Below, piece after piece: positions 39,426 through 49,993 of a DNA stretch of 64,000 nucleotides (the stretch's first letter is position 1; each line of letters opens with the position of its first letter). Location of the stretch: the NCBI GenBank assembly GCA_041937175.2, contig CP166615.1, forward strand, positions 1,728,001 through 1,792,000. Direction: 5' to 3'. A model generated the notes under the pieces. That model worked only from the letters and a program-made list of their open reading frames with translations, did no database searches and was not told the origin of the DNA. This stretch comes from Limnothrix sp. BL-A-16 (GTDB taxonomy: Bacteria; Cyanobacteriota; Cyanobacteriia; CACIAM-69d). A program made the translations under genes and the position numbers.

Positions 39426-40523
39426 CTACGATGCTTGATAGGCGGGAAAATCTGCGTAGCCCTTTTCGTCAAAAGCGTACCAAACCTCCAACGGGGCTTC
39501 CGGAGCCAAGGGCCAATCATGGGCAAACCGCTCAACCAAGTCCGGGTTGCTGATGAAAGGTCGCCCAAAAGCAATCAGGTCTGCATTCCCCGACGCGATC
39601 GCCGCTTCTGCCGTTTCTTGGGTGTAGCCACAATTGCCCATCAAGGGCCCTGAAAACACCGATCGAAACTCGCTCAGGGTCATGGGTTCACCCAAATTAT
39701 GGAACCCAATTGCTAGGCCATCCATAACGTGCAAATAGCCCAAATTCAGCGCATTGAGTTGTTGCGCCACGTAGGTAAAGGTTTCCCGATAATCCGGCGA
39801 ACCCATATCGTTATAAATCCCATTGGGCGCAAGCCGAACCCCCACCCGATCGGACGGGAAAACTGTTATCAGGGCTGCCACAATTTCGCTCAGAAATCGA
39901 TAGCGATTTTCCAGACTGCCACCGTAGCGATCGGTGCGTTGATTGGTTTTGGATTGCAGGAATTGATCAATCAAATAGCCATTGGCCGCATGAACTTCCA
40001 CCCCATCAAAGCCCGCCGCCTTGGCTCGTTCGGCGGCCCGGCGATAGTCTTCCACCACTGCCGCCACCTCGTCGGTTTCCAGGGCGCGCGGGGTTTCGTA
40101 GGGGTGTTTGCCCGTGGGGGTGTGGATGTGGTCGTTGCTGATGGCGATCGCGGAGGCAGAAACCGGCAGCGACTCATCGGCGCGGAAACTGCTGTGGGAA
40201 GCGCGGCCACAGTGCCACAGTTGCAAGAAAATTTTGCTGTCCCGATCGTGCACTGCTTGGGTAACCTGTTTCCAGGCTTCCGTTTGAGCGTCGTTGTAAA
40301 TGCCGGGAGAGTTTTGCCAGCCAATGCCCTGCTCAGAAACGACGGCGGCTTCGCTAATCAAGAGGCCAGCACTCGATCGCTGGGCATAATATTTCGCCAT
40401 TAAGGCATTGGGCAGGCGCTCCACCCCTGCGCGGGCGCGGGTTAGGGGAGCCAAAACCACGCGATTTCTGAGGGTTAAATCACCAAACGTGAAAGGACTT
40501 AGAAGCTGAGGAGATGAACTCAC
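39426..40523 (-). CDS. Old yellow enzyme / alkene reductase (NemA-like)
   Basis: NRVVLAPLTRAR, QLWHCGR, GFDGVEVHAANGYLIDQFL, AFGRPFISNPDL. Confidence 0.95.
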   Translation of the reverse strand: MSSSPQLLSPFTFGDLTLRNRVVLAPLTRARAGVERLPNALMAKYYAQRSSAGLLISEAAVVSEQGIGWQNSPGIYNDAQTEAWKQVTQAVHDRDSKIFLQLWHCGRASHSSFRADESLPVSASAIAISNDHIHTPTGKHPYETPRALETDEVAAVVEDYRRAAERAKAAGFDGVEVHAANGYLIDQFLQSKTNQRTDRYGGSLENRYRFLSEIVAALITVFPSDRVGVRLAPNGIYNDMGSPDYRETFTYVAQQLNALNLGYLHVMDGLAIGFHNLGEPMTLSEFRSVFSGPLMGNCGYTQETAEAAIASGNADLIAFGRPFISNPDLVERFAHDWPLAPEAPLEVWYAFDEKGYADFPAYQAS

Positions 40524-40630
40524 AGAACGATTCCCAATGAATAGCAGGGTTAATAGTCGCGATTGTCAATCTAGCAAATTCATTAGGACTTGGGATTCAA
40601 CTGGCAGATTAAGTTGCGTTTAAGCATTTA

Positions 40631-40756
40631 GAGGATGTCTGAAAAGCCAAAATTGCTACTCTGTACGCCCCAGTGATCGACTTAGACAAGATGCTCAAGC
40701 CCCTTCCACGACTATTGGTGCTTGCCCGTGCCAAAGAATAATTTTTAAACATCTTC
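40631..40756. mobile_element. MITE family B, copy 2 (126 bp)
   Basis: GAGGATGTCTGAAAAG ... TTTTTAAACATCTTC; TTA duplication. Confidence 0.85.
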
Positions 40757-40950
40757 TTAGATCTGAGCAATGGCCCCTACGAACTCTTGGGTAATGATTT
40801 GACTAGGAGATATCACTCCCTGATCGCATGAGTGCGAAAAACAATTCAAGATGCTTTTATTGAAATCAAGACAGAAACTTAGTGAAAAATTTCGGTCAAA
40901 AGTTTCGATCAAAAATTCAAAAATATTCTAGACAAAATTCCAAGAAGCAA

Positions 40951-42366
40951 TTAAGGAGACCAATGACGAACCCACTGGCGAAGTTGGTTTTGAAATCTAG
41001 CCATTAGGCTTTTCGGTTCCGAATCTTCCAATAGTCCCGCCACTTCTAAATGGTGGCGATAACTTTCCAACACATCTTGCCGATCGCCCATGGCCTGCGA
41101 AATCACCTCCAGCAAATAGGGATGGTTGTTCAGGAGTAATTGAAACCCATCACGGTGAATCAAAAAAAGTTCGGTGGGTTCCGCCGCTCGCATGGTGGTG
41201 GGGTAAGGCACATTCAACATCAGCGGCAATTCACCGAAAAATTCACCCTCTGCAAAGGAAAACAACCGGCGGCTAATGCGCTGATTTTCAAAAATGGCTT
41301 CGATCGCCCCTTTCAAAACAATGCAAAATTCATGGGCCCCATCCCCTTGCTGATAAAGAATTTCGGCCGTTGCTAATTGCCGCCGGTAGCCCAATTGGAT
41401 CAGAAACTCAATTTCCAGAGGGGTGAAACCTTGGAAGTAACTGATCGATCGCAGCAGGTCTTTGAGGGGTTGGGTTGGAACGGTTGCAGGAGCGATCTCC
41501 CCAGCCTCGGCCGCTGAAGGTTCCGATTCGGCCGCAACCCAATGAGGAAGGATTGGCGCAAGCTGGATCTGATGTTGCCGCAAACCATGGGCGATCGCAA
41601 AGTGGAGCGCACTGCGAATGCCAGCCCGTTGATCAACCCGATCGACCCAGGCCCAAAGTTCCAAACTGATGCTGCCTTCTTGAAAGCCTTGAAACATCAC
41701 CTTGGGTGGGGGCGATCGCAAAATGTGTGAGTGGGTAAAAGCCGCCGCCAGCAAAATCTCTGTCACGACTGAAAGATCGCTGGTCGGAACCACTTTCAAA
41801 GGAATTTCAATCCGGCTTTGGCAATCTTGATAGCTCCAATTTTCAACCATTCGGTTGGTTAATTCACTGTTGGGCACAATCAATTCTGACCCACGAAAAG
41901 TGCGAATCACAGTTGAACGAATGGAAATATCTTGGATATAGCCCAGCTTGTTATTAAATTCAATCAGGTCTCCAACCTTGAGCTTGCGTTCACCCAACAG
42001 GGTTAAACCACTGGCCCAGTTTTTAGTTAGTTCCTTCAGACCCAAACCAATGCCAACCCCTAAGCCGCTGACCACCAACGCAAAGGATTCCAATTGCAAT
42101 CCCATGGCTTGGAGTACCAGCACATAACCCAAAGCGCCCATGCTCCAGCTAAACAAAATGGCGACCGCTCCACGGGTTCCTTCGCTCATGCCTAAGCGTT
42201 TCAGGATGATGTTTTTCAGCAGTTGGCGCAGGCCTTTGGTGAATAGACTCACCAGCATCAGCAGCAACGCCACTTGAATCATCCACCCGATCGTGATTGG
42301 GGTGGTTCCCAATCTAAAAAGGGGCGCTTGCGTAATTTGTGACCAAGCAACTTGTAAAGCAGCCAT
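40951..42366 (-). CDS. MscS-family channel with C-terminal cyclic-nucleotide-binding domain
   Basis: GLGVGIGLGL, VGDLIE, IVPNS; cNMP-domain motifs QGD...GEFFGEL. Confidence 0.88.
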   Translation of the reverse strand: MAALQVAWSQITQAPLFRLGTTPITIGWMIQVALLLMLVSLFTKGLRQLLKNIILKRLGMSEGTRGAVAILFSWSMGALGYVLVLQAMGLQLESFALVVSGLGVGIGLGLKELTKNWASGLTLLGERKLKVGDLIEFNNKLGYIQDISIRSTVIRTFRGSELIVPNSELTNRMVENWSYQDCQSRIEIPLKVVPTSDLSVVTEILLAAAFTHSHILRSPPPKVMFQGFQEGSISLELWAWVDRVDQRAGIRSALHFAIAHGLRQHQIQLAPILPHWVAAESEPSAAEAGEIAPATVPTQPLKDLLRSISYFQGFTPLEIEFLIQLGYRRQLATAEILYQQGDGAHEFCIVLKGAIEAIFENQRISRRLFSFAEGEFFGELPLMLNVPYPTTMRAAEPTELFLIHRDGFQLLLNNHPYLLEVISQAMGDRQDVLESYRHHLEVAGLLEDSEPKSLMARFQNQLRQWVRHWSP

Positions 42367-42491
42367 GGAAACGTTCCCGATCGGGATTGGGTTGGAAAAG
42401 CAGCCAAATTCAGCATTCAGGAAGCATCGTTCAAGAAGGGTTTTTCAAACCAAATTCTTCACAAGAACCCTTTGCAAAAAACTGCAACCCT

Positions 42492-44234
42492 TTATTCACG
42501 AAATTGGCGAGCATAGTAGGCAGCATAACGACCGTTTTGGGCCAGTAGCTGATCATGGCTGCCTGATTCGACAATTTGCCCTTTTTCGATCACTAAAATT
42601 CGATCGGCCCCACGCACGGTGGCCAGGCGGTGCGCAATGGTTAGGGTGGTGCGATCGCGCCGGAGTCGATCGAGTGCTTCTTGCACCAGGCTTTCGGATT
42701 CCGAATCGAGGGCGCTGGTGGCCTCGTCCAAAATCAGAACTTTCGGATCTCGCAACACGGCCCGGGCGATCGCAATTCGCTGGCGCTGGCCGCCGGACAG
42801 GTTGGCTCCCCGTTCGCCCACCCAGGTGTTGTAGCCCTCGGAGAGTTGGCTGATGAAGTCGTGGGCGTTGGCAATTTGGGCGGCTTGTTCGATGTCGCTG
42901 CGGCTGGCTTTGGGGTTCCCGAGGGCAATGTTTTGGGCGATCGAGCCGGAAAAGAGGATCGTTTCTTGGGGCACGATCGCAATCTGTTGGCGCAGGCTGT
43001 TGAGGGTCACGTCCCGTAGATCGATGCCATCAATGCAAACCTGTCCCCCTTGGGGATCATAGAACCGCAGTAGCAGATTAACGATCGTGCTTTTGCCCGC
43101 ACCGGAAGCCCCCACCAGGGCGATCGCCTCACCGGGCCGCACGGTCAGATCCAACCCTTGCAGCACCGGTTCCGCCGCCCTTGGATAGGCAAACTCGATC
43201 GCGCGGAATTCCACCCGGCCGGTGATGGCGGGCAGGGGTTGCGCCCCGGGGCGATCGCGCACCGTGGGCGGCACGGCCAGCAGCTCAAACAGCCGATCGA
43301 CCGAGGCTTCACTTTCCTTGAATTCGTTGTAATTGCTGGTGGTGATCGAAATGGGGTCAATCAACAGGGCCACGGCGGTCACGTAGCTAATGAACCCCGC
43401 GCCGGTTAAGTTGCCTTGGCCAATTTGCCAGCTTCCCAACCAAAACAACACCAACACGCTCATGGCTTCCAAAAAGCCCACAATCACAAATTGCGCCGCC
43501 TTGGCTTGGGCCGCTTGCAGTTTGGCGTGCCGAGCCGCTTCAGCCTCTTGCTGGAACCGATCGAGTTCCGTGCGCTCGGCCCCAAAGGCTTGCACCAACC
43601 GAATTCCCGCCAGAATTTCCGCAATTGTGGCCGCCAGACCCGCAATTCGATCCTGGCTGCGGCGAGCAAAGCTCAGCAGGCGATCCCCAAACCAAGCAAT
43701 CAAAACCGCAATCAAGGGCGCGATCGCAAAGGTAGCCAAGGTCAACTGCCAGTTGAGATAGATCATGTATCCCAACACCACCACCAGTTGCAGCACACAG
43801 GGCACAAACTGGTGAAACACCTTGCCCACCGCGTCTCCCACCCGATCGACATCGCCCGTGAGTCGATAGGCCAGGTCACCCGTTTGCGATCGCTCAAAAT
43901 AGTCCAGGCTCAGGGTTTGCAAATGCCCATACAACCGCACCCGCAGGGTCATGGCCACCCGCAAAGCCGCCTTGGCCATCAGGGTATCTTGGCCATACTG
44001 AAACGCGCCGCGCACCAAAAAAACCAGGGCCGCTAAGCCGGCCAATTGCAGAATTTTGTCTGGCTGACCCGTGCCGATCGGCTCGGCCAACTGGCCCGGC
44101 AACCAGGCCAACACCGGCCAAAAGGCCGTGAACCCCACCGTGCAGGCCAATGCCAGGGCGATCGTCCTGGCCTCCGCGCGCACGAAGGGCCACAGTTGCC
44201 AATAGTGCGATCGCCCTTTGCCGGTTCGGGACAT
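42492..44234 (-). CDS. ABC exporter, fused TMD-NBD (MsbA-like)
   Basis: GASGAGKST, LSGGQRQR, LILDEATSALD, IAHRL. Confidence 0.93.
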   Translation of the reverse strand: MSRTGKGRSHYWQLWPFVRAEARTIALALACTVGFTAFWPVLAWLPGQLAEPIGTGQPDKILQLAGLAALVFLVRGAFQYGQDTLMAKAALRVAMTLRVRLYGHLQTLSLDYFERSQTGDLAYRLTGDVDRVGDAVGKVFHQFVPCVLQLVVVLGYMIYLNWQLTLATFAIAPLIAVLIAWFGDRLLSFARRSQDRIAGLAATIAEILAGIRLVQAFGAERTELDRFQQEAEAARHAKLQAAQAKAAQFVIVGFLEAMSVLVLFWLGSWQIGQGNLTGAGFISYVTAVALLIDPISITTSNYNEFKESEASVDRLFELLAVPPTVRDRPGAQPLPAITGRVEFRAIEFAYPRAAEPVLQGLDLTVRPGEAIALVGASGAGKSTIVNLLLRFYDPQGGQVCIDGIDLRDVTLNSLRQQIAIVPQETILFSGSIAQNIALGNPKASRSDIEQAAQIANAHDFISQLSEGYNTWVGERGANLSGGQRQRIAIARAVLRDPKVLILDEATSALDSESESLVQEALDRLRRDRTTLTIAHRLATVRGADRILVIEKGQIVESGSHDQLLAQNGRYAAYYARQFRE

Positions 44235-44859
44235 TGCTTACACCTGCTTTGTGGATAGAGCCAAAATGCTACCCGTTAATCACCCCCGAATCCCGATCAG
44301 GCCCCAATCTCCTCCTTGGCCGATCCCCGTGATCGCCAGAATCGAAAACCAACTGAAAGGGGTTCGAGCCTGTCGTTATTCCCCGGGATCCGGTGAAAAC
44401 GGTTGATCTTCCATACCCTAACCACCCTAGACAAGGGGCTTCAGCCCCTTGCCCCCCACGATTCGTTAACCGTGGAGTCAGGGTTTCAGGCGATGGAGTC
44501 AGGGTTTCAGGCGATTTGACGATGCGCCCTAATCAATCGATCGGAAAAGGTCGATCGAGCCAGATTCGGTCAATTTAAATGAATGCCCTAACCATGGTCT
44601 AAAAAAGAATGGTCTAAAAAATGGCGAATTTAAGCGCTCCTTTGCAGCGAATCCCCCCATGGATCGTTAAAAAACATACCCATTCCTCCGAAGGATCCCC
44701 AAAGAGTTATGGTGTTAGCCGTCGTAGCCCTCGGGTGGGTGGTTTAAACTTGAAGCGTGCGACCATCCCGCGCGATCGCCCAATTTTGCCCCCGGATGCC
44801 GCTCGCTCCCTACAAACTCACTGCTTTGAACGCTGACACAGTAAACGCAGCCTGGCCCT

Positions 44860-46899
44860 ATGGTGACGCTCTCAGTCGGTCAACTTCTCGACCGACGCTA
44901 TCGGATCGTAGAAATCCTGTCGTCCGGAGCGTTCGGGCAAACTTACCTGGCTGCGGACTTGCGCCGACCGGGCCTGCCCCACTGCATCGTGCGGCAATTC
45001 CAATTCCCCAGTAAGAATTCCAAAGCACTGCAAGTGGTGCAGTTGCTGTTTAAGAAAAAAGCAGAAACCCTCGAAAAGCTGGGCACTCATGATCGAATCC
45101 CTCAGCTTTTGGCCTGCTTTGAGCAGGAGGGACAACTTTTTTTCATTGAGGAACTGATCCAGGGGCAAACCATCGCCGAGGAGCTGAAGGCCAATCAGCC
45201 CCAACCGGAAGAGTATGTGGTGCGATTCCTGCAAGATACGCTGGAAGTGCTGGATTTTGTCCACAAAAACGGGGTCATTCATCGCAATTTGCGGCCCGAA
45301 ACCCTGATTCGCCGCACGATCGATGGGCGAATTGTCCCGATCGAGTTCGGCTTGATTCAAGAAATTGCCAATCCCTCAGCCCGGGCTGATGCGATCACGC
45401 CGCCCCCTTCGCCGGATTCGGTGGTTTACATGTCGCCGGAACAGTTGCAGGGAAACCCGCTCTACAACAGCGATCTCTACGCGGTGGGGATGATTTGTGT
45501 CCAAGCCCTGACCGGGTTGTCGCCCAATGCCCTGCCCAAACCCAAAGACAACAATGGCGATCGCCCGCCCCATCTGGATTGGCCCAACCACGGGCAAATT
45601 AACCCCGGACTGATCTCCCTAATTGAGCGGCTGATTTCTCCCTACTTCGATCGCCGCTATCAGTCGGCTGCCGATGCCCTGCGGGATTTGCAGGAACTTT
45701 ATGGCCTGTCCATGGGCAGCGGTAGCGGTGTGAATCTCAGCGGTGCGGGCATGAGTGGCCTGCGGGCCCGCCTGGCCAGCAGCAGCCAAAACTCCCCCGC
45801 CCACAGCGAGGCCCAGGAAGCAGCCAAACGCCGTTGGCCCGATCGCCGGTTGTGGTTGGGGGTGGCCATTGCGGTGGTGGGACTGGGGTTTGGGGCGTTG
45901 CTACTGGCCAGCCCCCTGCGATCGCGCTATTGGGTCGATCGCGGCAGTGACCAACTCAAGGCCGAAAACTTGGAAGAGGCGATCGCCAACTACAGCCAAG
46001 CCCTCCAGGTGGATGCCAACAATGCGGAAGCGCTCTACCGACGGGGAGCCGCCTATGAGGAAATTGGGGAATATCAAAAGGCGATCGCGGATTTAGATCG
46101 GGCCATTCGCCTGCGGCCCAAACATGCCCCCAGCTACTTCCAGCGGGCCAACGCCCGCTACCGTCTCAGCGATGCCCGTGCCGCGATCGAGGACTACGAT
46201 CGGGCCCTGACCTACGACCCCAACTTGGTGCAGGCTTACCTGAACCGGGGCAACGTTCGGGGCGACATTGGCGACGACAAAGGGGCGATCGAGGACTACA
46301 ACCGTGTGATTGCGGCCAAGGGAGTGCCGGCCCGCCTCTTGGCCCCCGCCTATCTGAATCGGGGCCTGTCGCGATCGAACCTGGATGACCAACAGGGGGC
46401 GATCGACGATGCTACCAAAGCGATTCAACTCAACCCCAGCTATGCCCTGGCCTATCAAAACCGCGGCCTAGCCCATCGGCGGGCCGGCAACCTCCAGGCC
46501 GCCCTGCAAGATTTCAACATTGCGATCCAACTACAACCAGACGACCCAGACCCCTACTACAATCGGGGGCTAACCCGTTGGGATTTGGGCGAAGTGGAAG
46601 GCACGATCGAAGACTTCAACAAGGCGATCGAACTGCGGCCCGAACATGCCCTGGTTTATTACGATCGGGGCGTGGCCCGGCTCAAGCAGGGTGACCAAAC
46701 CGGCGCACTCACCGACTTCCAACAATCGGCCAAGCTATGCATCGACGAAGGCCGTTTGGGTTGTTACCGTGATGCCCAGTACCAAATCCAACAGATCCAA
46801 GCGGGCAAATTGCCCACCGATCTCAAATTGTCCAATGAGGAAGAACCCGAAGCCCCACCGCCCGAACCCAGTCCGGCCGCCAGCCCTCCGCCGCCCTAG
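44860..46899 (+). CDS. Ser/Thr pseudokinase-TM-TPR protein
   Basis: Hanks kinase fold with degenerate catalytic motifs (IVRQ, HRNLRPET, IEFG); TM helix; multiple TPRs. Confidence 0.85.
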   Translation: MVTLSVGQLLDRRYRIVEILSSGAFGQTYLAADLRRPGLPHCIVRQFQFPSKNSKALQVVQLLFKKKAETLEKLGTHDRIPQLLACFEQEGQLFFIEELIQGQTIAEELKANQPQPEEYVVRFLQDTLEVLDFVHKNGVIHRNLRPETLIRRTIDGRIVPIEFGLIQEIANPSARADAITPPPSPDSVVYMSPEQLQGNPLYNSDLYAVGMICVQALTGLSPNALPKPKDNNGDRPPHLDWPNHGQINPGLISLIERLISPYFDRRYQSAADALRDLQELYGLSMGSGSGVNLSGAGMSGLRARLASSSQNSPAHSEAQEAAKRRWPDRRLWLGVAIAVVGLGFGALLLASPLRSRYWVDRGSDQLKAENLEEAIANYSQALQVDANNAEALYRRGAAYEEIGEYQKAIADLDRAIRLRPKHAPSYFQRANARYRLSDARAAIEDYDRALTYDPNLVQAYLNRGNVRGDIGDDKGAIEDYNRVIAAKGVPARLLAPAYLNRGLSRSNLDDQQGAIDDATKAIQLNPSYALAYQNRGLAHRRAGNLQAALQDFNIAIQLQPDDPDPYYNRGLTRWDLGEVEGTIEDFNKAIELRPEHALVYYDRGVARLKQGDQTGALTDFQQSAKLCIDEGRLGCYRDAQYQIQQIQAGKLPTDLKLSNEEEPEAPPPEPSPAASPPPP

Positions 46900-47160
46900 T
46901 CACGCGGCAGGCTTGCTTTCATCGGTCAAGCCATCGGTCAAGTCCACTGACTGTTACCGTTACCCGATCGTTAGGCAGCAAAAGGCTTCAGCCCCTTGTG
47001 ATTGCGACTGACTCCGCAATCTGCGCCCAACGAATTAAACCTGTCGTGCGACTAGGCGCGACTATCCATGCACCTGCTGGGGTCTGTCCCACCCTCTAAC
47101 GCCCCAGGCCTCGTTTCTGGATCATTGAACCTGTTGTTTTTGCCCCATCCCTAACCGACC

Positions 47161-49197
47161 TTGGCCCCCAATACCCCACCTTCTCCTCCACCTCCGGGCG
47201 ATCGACCTCCCAAACCATCCTTAGGTAAGGATCCTATTACCATTGGCCAACTGCTGGATAAGCGCTATCGCATCTTGCAGGTGCTTGGCTCCGGAGCCTT
47301 TGGCAAAACCTACCTGGCTGCGGATCTGCGCCGGCCGGGCTATCCCCAATGTGTGGTGAAGCAACTGCGCCTGTTGCGCCCCAACCCCACCGCCGCCAAA
47401 AACGCACACCGTCTCTTTCAACGGGAGGCGGAAATGTTGCAACGGTTGGGAACCCATCCCCAAATTCCCCGCCTGTTGGCCTTTTTTGAAGAAAACGAGC
47501 AATTTTATCTCGTCAAGGAATTTGCACCGGGTCACCCCCTCTCGCGGGAGTTGGTGGTGGGGGAACCGCTGCCGGAGCAACGGGTGATTTCCATGGTGGC
47601 GGAAATTCTGGAAATTTTGTCTTTTGTGCATGGCAACCGGGTGATTCACCGGGACATCAAACCCGCCAACTTGATCCGCCGCAGCGCTGACGGCCGGTTG
47701 GTGTTGATTGACTTTGGTTCCGTGAAGGAAATTCTGCAAACCGATGGGGAATCGGCCGCCGCCCGCACGATCGCAGCGGGTACTCCGGCCTACATGCCGA
47801 TCGAACAGTTTTATGGCAATCCCCAGTTCAACAGCGATATCTACGCTGTCGGGGCGATCGCAATTCAGGCCTTAGGGGGCTTTTCCTCGGAGGAATTGCA
47901 GGCCCTGCGCGGATCCCAGGAGCCGGTGAGCGGCCGCCTGAATTGGCGAGCCAGCATTTCCGTCAGCACTACGTTTGGAACCGTCCTCGATAAGATGGTG
48001 CATCCTTCCTATCAACAGCGCTACGCCAGCGCCGAGGAAGTGTTGATGGATCTGTTGCCGTTAATGGGCGGGAATGTTGGCGAGTCCACCACCACCGCTG
48101 CCGAGGAAGAACTAGGCAACCCCATTCCCTGGGCTGAATGGTGGCGACGTTGGTGGCCTTGGGGGTTGGGGCTGTTGGGCACGGTGGTGGGGCTGGCGAC
48201 CCTCTGGCAGTCGGGGTTGCCCCAGTTGGCCATTGCCCAGATGATTTTGTCGCGGTGGTCTCAAGTGCCCACGGGGTTGGTGATGAACCAAAATGCGTCC
48301 CCCTCGGATTTGGTGGGAATTGCGCGGATGTTGGAGGGAAAAACCCCGGCTCCCGATCGCACCTGGGACTACAGCAAGGCCATTCACGACGCAACCCAAG
48401 CCCTGGTCTGGTCCGCCAGCAGTTCTGCCTATTTTTTGCGCGGCGTGGCCTACTACAACAGCGGTAACTGGAATGCGGCCTTGGCCGATTTAAATCAGGC
48501 CTTGCAGCTCGAAGCTAAGGACGCGATCGCCCGTACCTATCTGGCGGCCACGCAAGATCGCCTAGGCGATTTGCAAAGCGCCCTGGCCAGCTACGATCGC
48601 GCCATTAAAGACGATGCCAATTTGAGTGCGGCTTATCTGGGGCGCGGCTTTGTGCGGTTGGAACTGAGCGACGCGAAAGGGGCGATCGCGGACTTTGACA
48701 AAGTGCTATCTCAGCAGTCCAGTTGGTCGGCGGCCCACCGTGGCCGGGCCCTGGCCAAAATGCTGGCGGGCGACTCCGAAGGGGCGATCACCGACAGCTC
48801 CCAAGCCATCCGGCTCGATCCCAACAACGCCAGGGCCTATCAGGTACGGGGACGCACCCACTTTGCCAGCGGCAATCTGCCCTCGGCCCTGGCCGATTTG
48901 ACGGTGGCCATTCGCTTAGACAGTAAGGATCCGGAGAGCTACTACTATCGCGCCCTCACTCGCCAGGCCCTGGGGGAACCCCAAGGCACTCTCAGCGATC
49001 TGAATCAGGCGATCGCCCTAGACGATCGCTATGCCATGGCCTACCAACAGCGGGGATTGGTGCAGGTGGGTTTGGGCAATCGGGCCCCGGCGGCGGCGGA
49101 TTTTCGACAGGCAGCCAAGCTTTGTCTCGATCGGGGGCAACTGGATTGTTATGACGCGGCCCGCCGTGAGCTAGAGAAATTGCAGGCGATGCCTTAA
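47161..49197 (+). CDS. Ser/Thr protein kinase-TM-TPR protein
   Basis: LGSGAFG, VVKQ, HRDIKPAN, IDFG, GTPAYMPIEQ; TM helix; TPRs. Confidence 0.92.
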   Translation: MAPNTPPSPPPPGDRPPKPSLGKDPITIGQLLDKRYRILQVLGSGAFGKTYLAADLRRPGYPQCVVKQLRLLRPNPTAAKNAHRLFQREAEMLQRLGTHPQIPRLLAFFEENEQFYLVKEFAPGHPLSRELVVGEPLPEQRVISMVAEILEILSFVHGNRVIHRDIKPANLIRRSADGRLVLIDFGSVKEILQTDGESAAARTIAAGTPAYMPIEQFYGNPQFNSDIYAVGAIAIQALGGFSSEELQALRGSQEPVSGRLNWRASISVSTTFGTVLDKMVHPSYQQRYASAEEVLMDLLPLMGGNVGESTTTAAEEELGNPIPWAEWWRRWWPWGLGLLGTVVGLATLWQSGLPQLAIAQMILSRWSQVPTGLVMNQNASPSDLVGIARMLEGKTPAPDRTWDYSKAIHDATQALVWSASSSAYFLRGVAYYNSGNWNAALADLNQALQLEAKDAIARTYLAATQDRLGDLQSALASYDRAIKDDANLSAAYLGRGFVRLELSDAKGAIADFDKVLSQQSSWSAAHRGRALAKMLAGDSEGAITDSSQAIRLDPNNARAYQVRGRTHFASGNLPSALADLTVAIRLDSKDPESYYYRALTRQALGEPQGTLSDLNQAIALDDRYAMAYQQRGLVQVGLGNRAPAAADFRQAAKLCLDRGQLDCYDAARRELEKLQAMP

Positions 49198-49236
49198 GGA
49201 CTGTTCTCTAGGTTATTCTCCACCCCCCATACCCTC

Positions 49237-49896
49237 ATGCTGTCGATCGGGAAAATCATCGGTAACCCATGGCCCGGGAAAGTCGCCAGACGCATTCGGC
49301 AAACCGGACTGACCGGCGCAATGGCGGGCCTGTTGGTAGGTTGCCAATCGCCCCCATCGCCTCCGCTGTCTTCGTCATCCGCGCCGATCGGTTCGCCCCC
49401 GGTGCAACCCTTGACGCGCATCACCCAATCCGGCGGCGGCATTGCGATCGCGCCCGATCGCCTGGCCGTCAGCACAGGCCAGGTGATTTTGGTGCCAGCC
49501 TACTCCCATGTGTATTACGGCGATCGGCAGGATGAATTTCTGCTGAGCGTCACCCTCAGCATTCGCAACACCAGCCTCACGGAATCGATTGTGGTGCGAT
49601 CGGTGCGGTATTACGACTCCCAAGGCAAGCTGATCAAGCAATATGCCAGCAGCGCCTTGAAACTGCCGCCCTTAGCGAGCACAGAATTTTTCATTCCCCA
49701 AACCGATCGCAGCGGCGGTTCCAGCGCCAGTTTTGTGGTGGAGTGGGTCGCGGAGCAAAAGCAGGTCACGGCCCCGATCGTGGAAGCGATTATGCTCAGT
49801 ACCAGTTTTCAGCAGGGCGTTTCGTTCACCAGTCCTGGCCGCGTGATTCAAGAACTTTCGGCCTCACCATCCGCCCGATCGTCCAATTCGCAGTGA
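49237..49896 (+). CDS. DUF3124-like protein, possible lipoprotein
   Basis: VPAYSHVY, TLSIRNT, YYDSQG, GGSSASFVVEW, PIVEAIM; LVGC lipobox-like; start uncertain. Confidence 0.8.
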   Translation: MLSIGKIIGNPWPGKVARRIRQTGLTGAMAGLLVGCQSPPSPPLSSSSAPIGSPPVQPLTRITQSGGGIAIAPDRLAVSTGQVILVPAYSHVYYGDRQDEFLLSVTLSIRNTSLTESIVVRSVRYYDSQGKLIKQYASSALKLPPLASTEFFIPQTDRSGGSSASFVVEWVAEQKQVTAPIVEAIMLSTSFQQGVSFTSPGRVIQELSASPSARSSNSQ

Positions 49897-49993
49897 TGAC
49901 CATGGGGCTGGACTCGTCGAACCATGGGATGGTTGGGCGATCAAAATCATGCTTCAGCAACCCTGCGGCGGCCGCCGAAATCAGGACTGAGAA

